This document shows, piece by piece, positions 1-10,500 of a DNA stretch of 56,956 nt. The notes under the pieces are model-generated. The model ran no database searches, had not been told where the DNA came from, and worked only from the letters and a program-made list of their open reading frames with translations. The stretch is from a virus. Its lineage: Duplodnaviria > Caudoviricetes. The stretch spans positions 1 through 56,956 of IMG/VR virus record IMGVR_UViG_3300022602_001935; one strand, written 5' to 3'. Made by a program: the position numbers and the translations under genes. The number at the start of each line of letters is the position of its first letter. Position 1 is the stretch's first letter.

Positions 1-2
1 CA

Positions 3-152
3 TTAGGCATCATCTTAGCATTTGTTTGGTGGGTATGGACTATGAACGTCATCCACAAAGTTATCGAACATCGTGTTGAGGAACAACACCTAATAAAAAG
101 TATCATCGAAGATATTCAAGAATTGAAAAAACTTTTCAAAGAAATCGTTTGA
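3..152 (+). CDS. 3' end of hypothetical membrane protein (partial)
   Basis: Open frame from the window edge, LGIILAFVWWVWTMNV...KEIV, stop TGA at 150-152; hydrophobic segment then coiled-coil-like tail. Confidence 0.6.
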   Translation, partial: LGIILAFVWWVWTMNVIHKVIEHRVEEQHLIKSIIEDIQELKKLFKEIV

Positions 153-177
153 CAGTTAAATACTAATCTGTTATATT
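149..177 (+). promoter_or_regulatory. sigma70-type promoter
   Basis: TTGACA (149-154), 17 nt, TATATT (172-177); predicted start near 184-185. Confidence 0.75.
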
Positions 178-184
178 AACAGTT

Positions 185-261
185 AGCGGTCTTCAACGAC
201 TTTCAACCCGCTTTATAAATTCTGCATGTCGTCAAACTTGCTCATACAAAGGAGACTAGAG
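185..261 (+). promoter_or_regulatory. structured 5' leader of queD (candidate pseudoknot riboswitch)
   Basis: AGCGG (185-189) pairs with CCGCT (208-212); loop ACGAC (196-200) pairs with GTCGT (228-232); A-rich linker; SD GGAG at 251-254. Confidence 0.45.
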
Positions 262-768
262 ATGGCAAATTTACAACCTGTACAATACAAGTACACATCA
301 ACCAAAGAGTACGTCGACGCATTTCCATGCGCTTATCGCCAATGGCGTGCTGACAGCCACTGTAATCTAAATCACGGTTATAGTTTTTCAATGAAGTTCT
401 ATTTTGGAACTAATGATTTAGATGTCCGCAATTGGGCGGCTGACTACGGTGGACTAAAAGAACTTAAAAAAATCTTAGAAGATCAATTTGATCACACAAC
501 ACTAGTTGCAGAGGATGATCCAGAATTAGAATTCTACAAAGAAATGGAGCGCCGCAAGTTGGCTAAACTAACTATTCTACCACGTTTAGGTTGTGAAAGT
601 TTGGCAGATATGCTCTACAAGTATATCAACGGTGTTTACATCCCAGACATGTGGGGGCAAGGCGAAGCAGAACGTTTATGGTGCTATCGTGTAGAAGTAC
701 GTGAGACACAGGCTAATATGGCTTTTAGAGAAGGTCATAGAGAATGGAATGAGGATTTATTAAATTGA
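262..768 (+). CDS. queD: QueD/PTPS-like T-fold protein (6-carboxytetrahydropterin synthase family)
   Basis: Motifs CAYRQW...SHCNLNHGYS, DYGGLKELKKILEDQFDHT, GCESLA, VEVRET; ATG 262 follows AGGAG (track start 226). Confidence 0.8.
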   Translation: MANLQPVQYKYTSTKEYVDAFPCAYRQWRADSHCNLNHGYSFSMKFYFGTNDLDVRNWAADYGGLKELKKILEDQFDHTTLVAEDDPELEFYKEMERRKLAKLTILPRLGCESLADMLYKYINGVYIPDMWGQGEAERLWCYRVEVRETQANMAFREGHREWNEDLLN

Positions 769-1106
769 AGAAATATCATATTCACAATATAGGTGGAGAA
801 GTTATTAAAGACAATGAAACTTATATTCTTAAAGACAATAAAACACTAAAGAATCTTGTATTAAGTTCTACTAACTTACATAGAGGAATGAGTACAAGGG
901 GGCACCGTCATCCCGGACAAGAAGAAGTTTATATTTTTGTATTAGGCCACGGACAAATGATTGTTGGAGAAGAAACTGACGAACCATTTAAAGTTACTGC
1001 CGGAGATATCGTTTTAATCCCCGACGGTGCATTCCATCGTGTTATAAACGATGGCGATACCAATTTACTTTTTAATTGTGTATTTGATGGTAAACGTAAT
1101 CATTAA
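765..1106 (+). CDS. cupin-domain protein
   Basis: Cupin motifs GHRHPGQEEVYIFVLGHG and GDIVLIPDGAFHRVIN. Confidence 0.85.
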   Translation: MKKYHIHNIGGEVIKDNETYILKDNKTLKNLVLSSTNLHRGMSTRGHRHPGQEEVYIFVLGHGQMIVGEETDEPFKVTAGDIVLIPDGAFHRVINDGDTNLLFNCVFDGKRNH

Positions 1107-1266
1107 ACGCTTCTGGCGTATTTGGGCTAAAGCCCTTGGTGAAAAAACTGGCGATACGGATAAAGAAGCAGACAGAATTGCTTGTATTCGTACCGCCATT
1201 GTGTTATCATATATCGTAACAAACTGCTTTATTGTAGCAGGGGTTATTAGACACTGGAATCAATAA
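1087..1266 (+). CDS. small hypothetical membrane protein
   Basis: Fills the operon gap; C-terminal hydrophobic helix; start uncertain (1051 or 1087). Confidence 0.6.
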   Translation: MVNVIIKRFWRIWAKALGEKTGDTDKEADRIACIRTAIVLSYIVTNCFIVAGVIRHWNQ

Positions 1267-2201
1267 TGAAAAAAATATTAGTAACCGGCGGTGCTGGTTT
1301 TTTAGGGTCACATCTTTGTGATAGATTAGTCGAGCAAGGACACCATGTTCTGTGCGTTGACAACTATTTTACAGGTAGCAAAAACAATATTGCTCATTTA
1401 CTTGACAAGAAAAACTTTGAAGTTTTACGTCAAGATGTCTGCTTTCCCCTGTATATAGAAGTTGATGAGATTTATAATCTTGCCTGCCCGGCAAGCCCAT
1501 TTTACTATCAATGGGATCCAATTCAAACAATGAAAACTTCTGTGTTAGGAAGTTATAATTTGTTAGGTTTGGCAAAACGTACAGGTGCTAAGATTCTACA
1601 AGCGTCAACCAGCGAAGTGTACGGTGATCCTCAAGTTCATCCACAAACTGAAGACTATTGGGGTAATGTAAACCCAATCGGCATTCGCAGTTGTTACGAT
1701 GAGGGCAAAAGAGCCGCCGAAACTTTGTTTATGGATTACTGGCGTGTTCATAGTGTCAAAGCCAAAATTGTTCGTATCTTCAACACATACGGTCCCAGAA
1801 TGGCAGAAGGAGATGGCCGTGTAGTTTCAAACTTTGTAGTACAAGCACTACAAGGCAAGCCAATTACTGTTTACGGATCAGGCGAGCAGACTCGTTCATT
1901 CTGTTATGTTGACGATCTTGTAGACGGGTTAATCAAGTTTATGGCTGACGATGATGACGAGTTTATTGGTCCGGTCAATATGGGCAATCCCGGGGAGTTT
2001 ACTATGAACGAACTTGCCCAAAAAGTAATCGAGTTAACAGGTAGTCAGAGTATCCTCCTACAACAACCTTTACCAAAAGACGACCCACAACAAAGGCGTC
2101 CAGATATCAGTTTGGCCAAATCAAGACTTGGTTGGGAACCTAGTATTGATTTAACAACAGGTCTACAAAAAACAATTGACTTTTTTCGTAAAACACTGTA
2201 A
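1266..2201 (+). CDS. uxs: UDP-glucuronate decarboxylase (UDP-xylose synthase), extended SDR
   Basis: [33 protein letters not shown] (YxxxK), [28 protein letters not shown]: UXS signature set. Confidence 0.9.
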   Translation: MKKILVTGGAGFLGSHLCDRLVEQGHHVLCVDNYFTGSKNNIAHLLDKKNFEVLRQDVCFPLYIEVDEIYNLACPASPFYYQWDPIQTMKTSVLGSYNLLGLAKRTGAKILQASTSEVYGDPQVHPQTEDYWGNVNPIGIRSCYDEGKRAAETLFMDYWRVHSVKAKIVRIFNTYGPRMAEGDGRVVSNFVVQALQGKPITVYGSGEQTRSFCYVDDLVDGLIKFMADDDDEFIGPVNMGNPGEFTMNELAQKVIELTGSQSILLQQPLPKDDPQQRRPDISLAKSRLGWEPSIDLTTGLQKTIDFFRKTL

Positions 2202-2204
2202 AAT
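2176..2204 (+). promoter_or_regulatory. sigma70-type promoter (leaderless transcript predicted)
   Basis: TTGACT (2176-2181), 17 nt, TAAAAT (2199-2204); ATG at 2211. Confidence 0.65.
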
Positions 2205-2210
2205 AGTATT

Positions 2211-2393
2211 ATGACAAAGAAACTCTGGACAATCATACCCGAAGAAGATCCCCAAACAGGCGACCTTGTCATTACCTTTCCGCCAGAAGCACTTGAAGAA
2301 GTAGGCTGGAAAGAAGGCGATATTTTAACATGGACCATGAAAACAAATGGATCAATAATTCTTAGCAAGAAAGAAAACGATGAATCAATTTAA
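2211..2393 (+). CDS. AbrB/MazE/SpoVT-like DNA-binding protein
   Basis: GDLVITFPPEALEEVGWKEGDILTW swapped-hairpin pattern; 60 aa. Confidence 0.7.
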   Translation: MTKKLWTIIPEEDPQTGDLVITFPPEALEEVGWKEGDILTWTMKTNGSIILSKKENDESI

Positions 2394-2544
2394 TTACACA
2401 TTTCCAGTTCCTATGCCTCAAGGTGCTTTTCAAGCATGGGCTAATCATTATCAAGCAATGAGAGACGAACTTGTTGAGCAGTGGGTTGAAACTAGCGATT
2501 ACGCAGATGCCCTTTCCGTAATCGAAAAAATTAAAAATCTATGA
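2380..2544 (+). CDS. hypothetical protein (54 aa, not in ORF track)
   Basis: MNQFNYTFPVPMPQGAFQAW...KIKNL; fills the gap, stop overlaps the uvsE start (ATGA). Confidence 0.6.
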   Translation: MNQFNYTFPVPMPQGAFQAWANHYQAMRDELVEQWVETSDYADALSVIEKIKNL

Positions 2545-3569
2545 CCAAACGCATAGGCTTTGCCTGTAAGTGGATTGATCGTGCAGATCAAATAGACGGT
2601 ATTAAATCATCAGATGATGCTAAACAATTCAACACTGGTACTACTACAATAAGTTGGCTTAAACGCCAAACTCGTGAAGTAGCCGAACAAAAACTATGGG
2701 ACTTAATGGTTCAAAATATTGAATCTACCCGAAAACTTGTAGAAAGAGTAGGAACACTAGATGACAACTTACGTATGGTTAGGTTATCAAGCGATCTTTT
2801 ACCTGCATACACTGAGCCTAGTTGGAGTTATTTTTGGCGCTTACCTGCCACAATCAATTACCTCGAAACACATTTTTATCAAATTGGTGAACTTGCTCGT
2901 AACAACAACGTTCGTCTCTCTTTTCATCCTGGTCAGTTTACTGTGCTGGCTAGCGATAATCCAGATATTGTCAACAGAAGTATAATGGAGTTTGAGTATC
3001 ATGCTGATATGGCCCGTTGGATGGGATTTGGTAGACAATTCCAGGACTTTAAGATCAATGTACACATTGCCGGACGTAAAGGTCCCCAAGGTATCCGAGA
3101 CGTCCTTCCTCGACTCTCCCCAGAAGCCAGAAACTGCCTTACAATCGAAAACGATGAAATGTCCTGGGGCCTGGACGCCAGCCTTGAACTTGGTCGAGAT
3201 GTCGCCTTGGTTTTGGACATACACCACCACTGGATCAATACAGGGGAGTATATCTCACCACAGGACGATAGATGTCTACGTGTAATTGATAGTTGGCGTG
3301 GTGTTAGACCTGTAATACACTATTCTGTTAGTAGAGAGGATGTTGTAGTAGGGCATGATTTAGTTACTCGCCCCAATTTGCCTGTATTATTAGAATCCGG
3401 CTACAAAAAACAAAAACTGCGGGCCCATAGTAATTTCTATTGGAACACCGCAGTTAATGAGTGGGCACTTGAGTTCACAGATAATTTTGATATTATGTGC
3501 GAATCCAAAGCCAAGAACTTGGCAAGTTTTTTCCTTGCCGAGCAGGCTAAAAAATTAAACCTTCTTTGA
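2541..3569 (+). CDS. uvsE: UV damage endonuclease
   Basis: IGFACK, RLSSDLLP, RLSFHPGQF, TIENDE, LVLDIHHHW, RAHS, DIMCESKAKN. Confidence 0.92.
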   Translation: MTKRIGFACKWIDRADQIDGIKSSDDAKQFNTGTTTISWLKRQTREVAEQKLWDLMVQNIESTRKLVERVGTLDDNLRMVRLSSDLLPAYTEPSWSYFWRLPATINYLETHFYQIGELARNNNVRLSFHPGQFTVLASDNPDIVNRSIMEFEYHADMARWMGFGRQFQDFKINVHIAGRKGPQGIRDVLPRLSPEARNCLTIENDEMSWGLDASLELGRDVALVLDIHHHWINTGEYISPQDDRCLRVIDSWRGVRPVIHYSVSREDVVVGHDLVTRPNLPVLLESGYKKQKLRAHSNFYWNTAVNEWALEFTDNFDIMCESKAKNLASFFLAEQAKKLNLL

Positions 3570-3902
3570 TTTTGTTCTTGCTTTAGGAGTAGCCTTAGCC
3601 TTTGGTGCTGCCTTTGGCTTGGCTACTTTAGGAGCGGCTACTTTAGGAGTACGTGGCTTGCGTGGCTTCTTGGCAGGCTCTGCAACCTGAACTGGCTCAA
3701 GATCAAGAGCAACTGCTACTGGATCTAAAGTGGTTTTGGCTTCTACCTGTACTTCTTCTTTTGGAGCAAACTTAATGCCGTTGTCAGAAGAAGGTGTTTC
3801 TACTTTATAAGGTGCTTCTGTTGTAGATTTTATTGGCCTTGTGCTTTTAAAAAGCAAATAACCAACAACAAGAATAAAAGCACCACCGATAAATAATTCC
3901 AT
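3555..3902 (-). CDS. membrane-anchored protein with Lys/Ala/Pro-rich (histone H1-like) tail
   Basis: ATG 3902 after AAGGA SD; N-terminal TM (ELFIGGAFILVVGYLLF); tail PKVAAPKVAKPKAAPKAKATPK. Confidence 0.7.
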   Translation of the reverse strand: MELFIGGAFILVVGYLLFKSTRPIKSTTEAPYKVETPSSDNGIKFAPKEEVQVEAKTTLDPVAVALDLEPVQVAEPAKKPRKPRTPKVAAPKVAKPKAAPKAKATPKARTKSKKV

Positions 3903-3930
3903 GATAGGATTCCTTTCAATTAAGTACGTA

Positions 3931-3961
3931 TATTTATAACACTGGAAATTATAGGTAAATA
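3931..3961. promoter_or_regulatory. divergent T4-like late promoters
   Basis: TATAAATA on - strand (3931-3938) and TAAATA on + strand (3956-3961) between divergent genes. Confidence 0.6.
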
Positions 3962-3966
3962 TTTCC

Positions 3967-4527
3967 ATGTATAATTTTATAAAAAGAGTCATTCAAGAAG
4001 GAAAAGGACACGAGCCTTTAAAACAAATTTCTTTAGATTACGATCGAAAAGAATTGGATCCTGCACTCAGTGAAGACGCCCTAGATTATCATTACGGCAA
4101 ATTATACAAAGCCTATGTTGATCGATTTAACAAAGGCGAGGGTGATCCAGACTTTAACGAAGCAGGTGCATTCTTACACAGCATTTACTTTAGTCAGTTT
4201 CAAGAGTACAGTACAGGCAATAAACCGACAGGAACTGCCTTAGAATTCATTGAAAAGCATCAAAAATCTTGGGATAAGTTTAAAGAATCCTTCGAAGAAG
4301 TTGCCATGAAGATACAGGGTAGTGGTTGGGTCTATCTTGCCAAAGACGGCAAAATCAAAACAATTACCAATCACGAAATTAAAAATGATATCATTCTATT
4401 GATAGATTGGTGGGAGCATGCCTGGGCTCTTGATTATCAAGCAGATAAAAAGAAATATCTTGCTAATCAATGGAAGATTGTTAACTGGGAAATCATCAAC
4501 ACAAGACTTCTGCCAATTTCCAAATAA
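3967..4527 (+). CDS. sod: Fe/Mn superoxide dismutase
   Basis: LDYHYGKLYKAYV, AFLHSIYF, QGSGWVYL, DWWEHAW; metal ligands H/H/D/H present. Confidence 0.9.
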   Translation: MYNFIKRVIQEGKGHEPLKQISLDYDRKELDPALSEDALDYHYGKLYKAYVDRFNKGEGDPDFNEAGAFLHSIYFSQFQEYSTGNKPTGTALEFIEKHQKSWDKFKESFEEVAMKIQGSGWVYLAKDGKIKTITNHEIKNDIILLIDWWEHAWALDYQADKKKYLANQWKIVNWEIINTRLLPISK

Positions 4528-4599
4528 ATACTTGTTAAGCGACATTTGCTAATAACACAGCAGTTTAAGCCTGAATAAATATGGCTACTAGAGGAAATT

Positions 4600-7500
4600 A
4601 TGGCTACTAATCAACAACTGATCAATATCGGAAGTCAACCAAATGACGGAACAGGCGACAGCATTTATACCGCCTTTCAAAAGGTAAATCAAAACTTCAC
4701 CGACATTTATAATCTGTTAGGGTTTGGTTCAGGTTTTAGTTTTTTAAAATTAAAAGAAGCACCTTATAATTACCAAGGATCTATCGGATCTGTAGGTGGA
4801 GCATTCCTTGCTTGGAACAAGTACGGAACAAGATTTGAAAATATTACATTAAGTGCCAGCACCGGTATTAATATTATTTCAACCATTACAGATACAGGTA
4901 GTCATCTTCTTGTTATTTCTAATATTGCAAGTAGTTTAAAATCTGATCTATCACCTACGCTAGCAGGCGATTTAGATGCTCAGGGATCATTTAATCTAAT
5001 CAACATCTATCCGGGTTCTCCACTTGCTGATTATGACGCTACTTCACGTCGTTGGGTATATGATCATTTTGTATCAAGAAGCGGATATGCAATAACTGGA
5101 ACAAACAATGTTTCATCTAGTACAATTAGAGAAAATATAGAACTACTACAATATCCTCCGACTACATCTACTCACATCGTTAATAAACAATATGCTGATA
5201 CTAAGATAGGATTAGCAGGTATAGATACTATTGACGAATTTACAGGTATGGCAAATTCGGTATTCGGTACTATGACCGGTGCGTTATATCTATTTAGAGA
5301 TCCAATTGAAGGCGATCATCCTAGCCAGGCCGCTACAAAAAATTATGTTGATTCATCTAGTTTTATTAGTCCTGTAAATTACTACGTATCATTAGCAGGT
5401 GATGATTCACAATTTAGTACTCCGATACATAAGAGAGGTAGAGGTCCTGCTTACTCTTTTAAAACTATCAATAGAGCCGCACAGGCCGCTGAACAATTTA
5501 TTAATTCAAGTCAAATTATTTTAGGACCTTATAAGAAAACTATTTCTTATAACAATACAATTAATGCGGCTACAATTGGAACTATTGCATCTAGTCCAAT
5601 ACTTGATGCTACATTATTCGGAGTTAGAATAACTTTATTAGGTGTAGGAGCCGAAGGATCTGATCCTTATCAAAATGGAAGCATATTTCCTGGACTATAT
5701 ATTATCGGTGACGAAAGCGAAGCCGTTGCTAAAATAGAAGCAATTACTGTAGACGGTAGCGGTAATGAAATATATGATGTTGTTCCTGTTGATTATGCTA
5801 GTAGTTATAATGTTCCAATTACTCCAGACAGCACAAATACAGTAACCACATTTACTTTCATGCCCAGCAGTCTTAATGAAGTACAAGACTTTTGGATTGG
5901 TTATAAATTTACTGTGTCAAACGGTAGCGGTAGTGTTTTAAGTTACGGATATATTACTGCTATTAGCGAAGTAGTTGATGCATCTCAAAATATTATAAAC
6001 TCAATTACTGTTGATTTTAGCCAAGGTGTTAAACTTACTAGCACAGCACAAATTGACGGAGATAAATGGCATGTGTTTGCCGCAGATTTCCAAACAAACG
6101 AACAATTACAATTTGGTCAATTAGAACAGCGCAATCAATGTTGTATCTTCTTAGAGTCAGGTGATCACGAAGATCAATACCCGATTAGAATAGCAGATAA
6201 TGTATCTGTTCGAGGTGACGAATTTAGACGAAGTGTTGTTCGTCCTGGTGTTGTTCAGGGAACACGCAAAGCCAGTTTATCATCAAGTAAATGGGCCAAC
6301 ACATATTTCTACAGAGATACACAAGTAGATGGCATCATTACAACTCAGATTAATACTGCAACTAATTATGCTCCTGCAGGCGGGTTTATTATTGTTGATT
6401 CGTTAACTAATGACCCTGTGACTGGCGGAATAACAGTTATAATGGGGGACGCAGTTGGTAATCCTTTAACTGTATCAAGTAGTTTAATAGGTAAAGTGTT
6501 TGTAATGGGCGGAGGTGCAATCGGGCAGGGTGTTATTTCATCTGTCAATGCTAATTCGTTCACTGTTATTATTGCACAGAATTCTAATTTTAATCAACAG
6601 ATTGAAAATTATACTGTCGGAACACCTGTTGCCCCTGGTAATTGGTTTGTTTATCAACCAATTAATTATGGTTATCATTATCTGCGCGATGCTTCTCGTC
6701 CTATCAATCTGTTAACTACTGTAACCAATTGGGGTGGATTGAACAATGCCGCACAGTTAATAGCAGATAACAAAGCATTTATTCAAGATCAAACAGTTGG
6801 GTGGATTCACAACACTTATCCAACTTTTGGTTATAATTCTTCAACATGTCATAGGGATGTTGGGTACATTATTGATGCACTTGTTCACGATATGGAGAAT
6901 GGTGGTAATAATTGGACCATCAATGCCGGCGACCAATACAACAATGTAACTTCTGTTAAGACAACAGAGTTGACTCAGACAGTAGCATCAGTAAATTATA
7001 TCAATTCGTTAAGCCAATTAATTATTCAAAATATTACTGCTACCAGTTACACAACTGCATCTCAGCAGGTGTTTGATTTAGGCCTAGTAGCAGAGACAAC
7101 TGCTCCTGCTGTACTTCAAGATTTAACACAAGCCTGTGCTAGAATTATTAATAATGATCCAGCATTTAATCCTTCTTTGTATAACGATCAGTTAGATGTA
7201 TTTTTAATGAATGACTCTACAATGTTACGTTATATGAGCGGTCAAGGTCACGGCGGCTTCATGAAGGTACTAGATCCATTTGGTCAGATTAAGGCTAAGT
7301 CACCATATACACAAACTGCTTCTTCATTCAGCAAGAGTTATAACAGACATGTATTCAGTGGCGGTATATACGTAGACGGATTTGCAGGTAACTTACCTGT
7401 TACACCAGCCAGTGTGACCAATGATACAAATGGTTATCCTGTAAAGATTAATATCACTGCCCATGGCGGTTTAGGTAGACCTGCAATATCAACAAGTACA

Positions 7501-10500
7501 ACAATGTTGTATGCAAGACCAGAAACACCTTGTTTCTTTGTGCAGAACGGAGTAACTTACGAAGTTGACTTTATCAGTAATTTCAGTCCAATGAACGGTA
7601 CTGGTACATTAAATTTAAATCCTCGTAGAGCAGGAGGTATTGCTTCTGTATTAGGAATTACAGCAACTGGATTTAAAACTGGTGGGACTTTAACTATTCC
7701 GGTTAGATTTAGTAGTCCTACTCAAGCAGGTGGATTAAATTCTACAGGTACTGCTACTTTAAACAGCAGTGGTCAAGTTACAGCAATTAATATAGGATTC
7801 CCAGGTAGTGGGTATGTTAACGGATCGTTTAGTGCAACAAATCCAAATTGTCCTAGTGTGATAATTGGTGGTGCTAGACTAAGTTGGACATTTGGTTTAA
7901 CTGGAAATGTTATCAGTTATACCATCATCGACGGCGGCGCTGGATATGCTGTCGGAACTCAAATCAATTTCCCACAACAGGGTAATGGCGTGGCTGCCGC
8001 AGCCACTGTTAGTTCAGTAGATACTAACGGTGCTATTACTGGAATTACTATTAATTCTGGTGGTAGCGGATATCGAACAGACCCTGCTGTTACATTCGGT
8101 GCTAGCCTTGCTTATACAGTTACAGTTAACCCCGGTTTAATTACAACCACAAACTATCCGTTACCAAGTAGTCTAACTCTAGTCACTGCGGGTAATCGTA
8201 GTATGCTGGCCAATGACTATACTCAGATTAATGATTTAGGTTATGGTATATTTGTAACCAATGGCGGTTTCATGGAAAACGTTTCCATGTTTACTTACTA
8301 TTGCCATAGTTCGTATTATGCCCTAAATGGTGCCCAGGTTAGAACTATCACAGGATCTACTGCTTATGGTCAATACGGTATCATATCTGAAGGTAGCGAT
8401 CCTAACGAAGTTCCTATTGCAGTTAGAAACAAATATGCAACGACTCAAATTGGTACTGTTCAATCCTACGGTACATATACAAACTTTACCAATGCGGCAA
8501 ACATATATGTTAACGGTTTAAGTTATCCACCATTAGCACAAAGCCAACTAGAAATTAACCATAGTGGACTATGGAAAACATATAATATAAAGAGTGCATT
8601 GCAGGATACTGCAAATCCCGGAATATATAATTTAAGTATCGACGACGGATCCGGTAATGGGCTATATACATCTGTTTCTCAAAATACAAAAGTAATCATT
8701 CGTCAATACTATGATCAGGTATTGATGGATGTAAATGCATCAACTTTAAGTCGTCCAAGTACAGTTCTTTCATATAACGAAGATCCAACTTATGTGTACA
8801 GAATTTTAAGTTATACCGACTTAGGTGGTGATAGTGCGTTGGCAGAAAGTGATACACCTTATGATTATATTTTGTTGTCACCATATGTGCAGAACGGATT
8901 ATATAGACAAGGCCTAGGACAGATATCATTTACAAATACAGGATCAGGATATACTCATGGATCTTATGTAACTGCTGTTATTCCTGCTCCGCCATATGCT
9001 TCACAAACTGCAAGTGTAACTTCTGCTACTACAATTTCGTTAGTGTCTATAGGATCTGCAACAGGTCCAATTCATATAGGTGCTAGAGTTACATTAACAA
9101 GCGGCGGTGGGGATCCTGGCGGACAACCTACTTATGTTGCTTGGGTTAATTCATCAACAACACTAGTACGTTTGACCAATAGTGTTACATTATCAAACGG
9201 CACTTCATTAACATTTACCAATGTTCAAGCCGCAGGCTACGGTGTTGCTGATAATAATGGCCATATTTCACAGTTAGTGTTAACTGAACCAGGAGTCGGG
9301 TATGATACAACTTCTCCAATATCAATTACATTTGCTAGCGGTACAGCAGCCGCAACTGCGTATGTGACAGGTATTTCTGGCAGTAAAACAATTAAAGTAG
9401 CAGAATTATCATCGCTTAACCAGTCAAGGATTTCTGCTGGTACTGTTTATACATTTGGATATAATGGCGACATTTATCAGATTACAGGTTATACTAAACA
9501 AAGCCTTACAGGTAATGCGTGGGCAGAAGTTGCTGTTCAACGTTATAGCGATTCAGCCGGATTAACCGCAGAGGTTCCAAACAATACACTAAAAGCAGGT
9601 ATTGTTGGTAACCAAGTCGGCGGCATTACTGTAAGAATATCCACAATCCGTGCTACATCACATGACATGATTGATGTAGGTACTGGAGGATACGCAGACA
9701 GTAAAATTCCAAATGACTTATATGGACCACCATTGAATCCGCCAGATGCATCAAAAGAAGTTATCGAAATCGGAAAAGGTCGTGCGTACTATGTAACAAC
9801 TGACCAAGACGGTAATTTTAAAGTCGGTAACTATTTTGCTGTTGATCAAGGCCGCGGTACTGTAAGTATTAGTGCTCCGATCAGTTTAACTAACGTTGAT
9901 GGTATTAGTTTCAAACGCGGTCAAACACTAGTCCAGGTATTCAGTGTTGACGGTACAATGGGACAACAGTCAAACAATGTTGTTCCAACTGAGGCCGCAA
10001 TTGTAACTTATGTTGATAGTCGTTTAGGATTAAACAAAAACAATACACAAGCAGGTATCACGCCAATAGGATCTGGTTATTTAGATCTAGGCGGTGTGCG
10101 ATCAATGGCAGCAGACTTAAATGTTAATAACTATCATGTTAAAAATGTTGCAAGCCCTGTTGTTAGTGGCGATGCGGCTAATAAATCATATACAGATACT
10201 AAATTAAGTCGTCAAGGTATTTACGATTCATTAGGTGCATCGGCAGGTACATTAACTGGTCCAATTAAAACAAACGAAGTTGAACCAAATACAGATAACA
10301 TATATTGGTTAGGTACCGCATCAGTTAGATACAGCGAAATACATGCTGTTGGAATTTTTGCAGACACCATTGCCAATAGTTCAATAACTAAAACAGGAAC
10401 AAGTGGTACTGGAGATATTGGACAATTTGATAATACGTTTGGTACTGTGTGGGCAACTACATTTGCAGGTACATCAAATCAAGCCAAGTACGCTGACTTG

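Noticed and set aside
2211-2544. AbrB-like gene plus small ORF as a toxin-antitoxin pair
   Set aside because: The 54-aa downstream ORF shows no MazF, VapC or other toxin motif.
4581-4610. Duplicated ATGGCTACTA creating a 9-codon upstream ORF over the 4600 start
   Set aside because: A single 10-nt duplication that may be chance; the 4600 ATG has its own GAGG SD.
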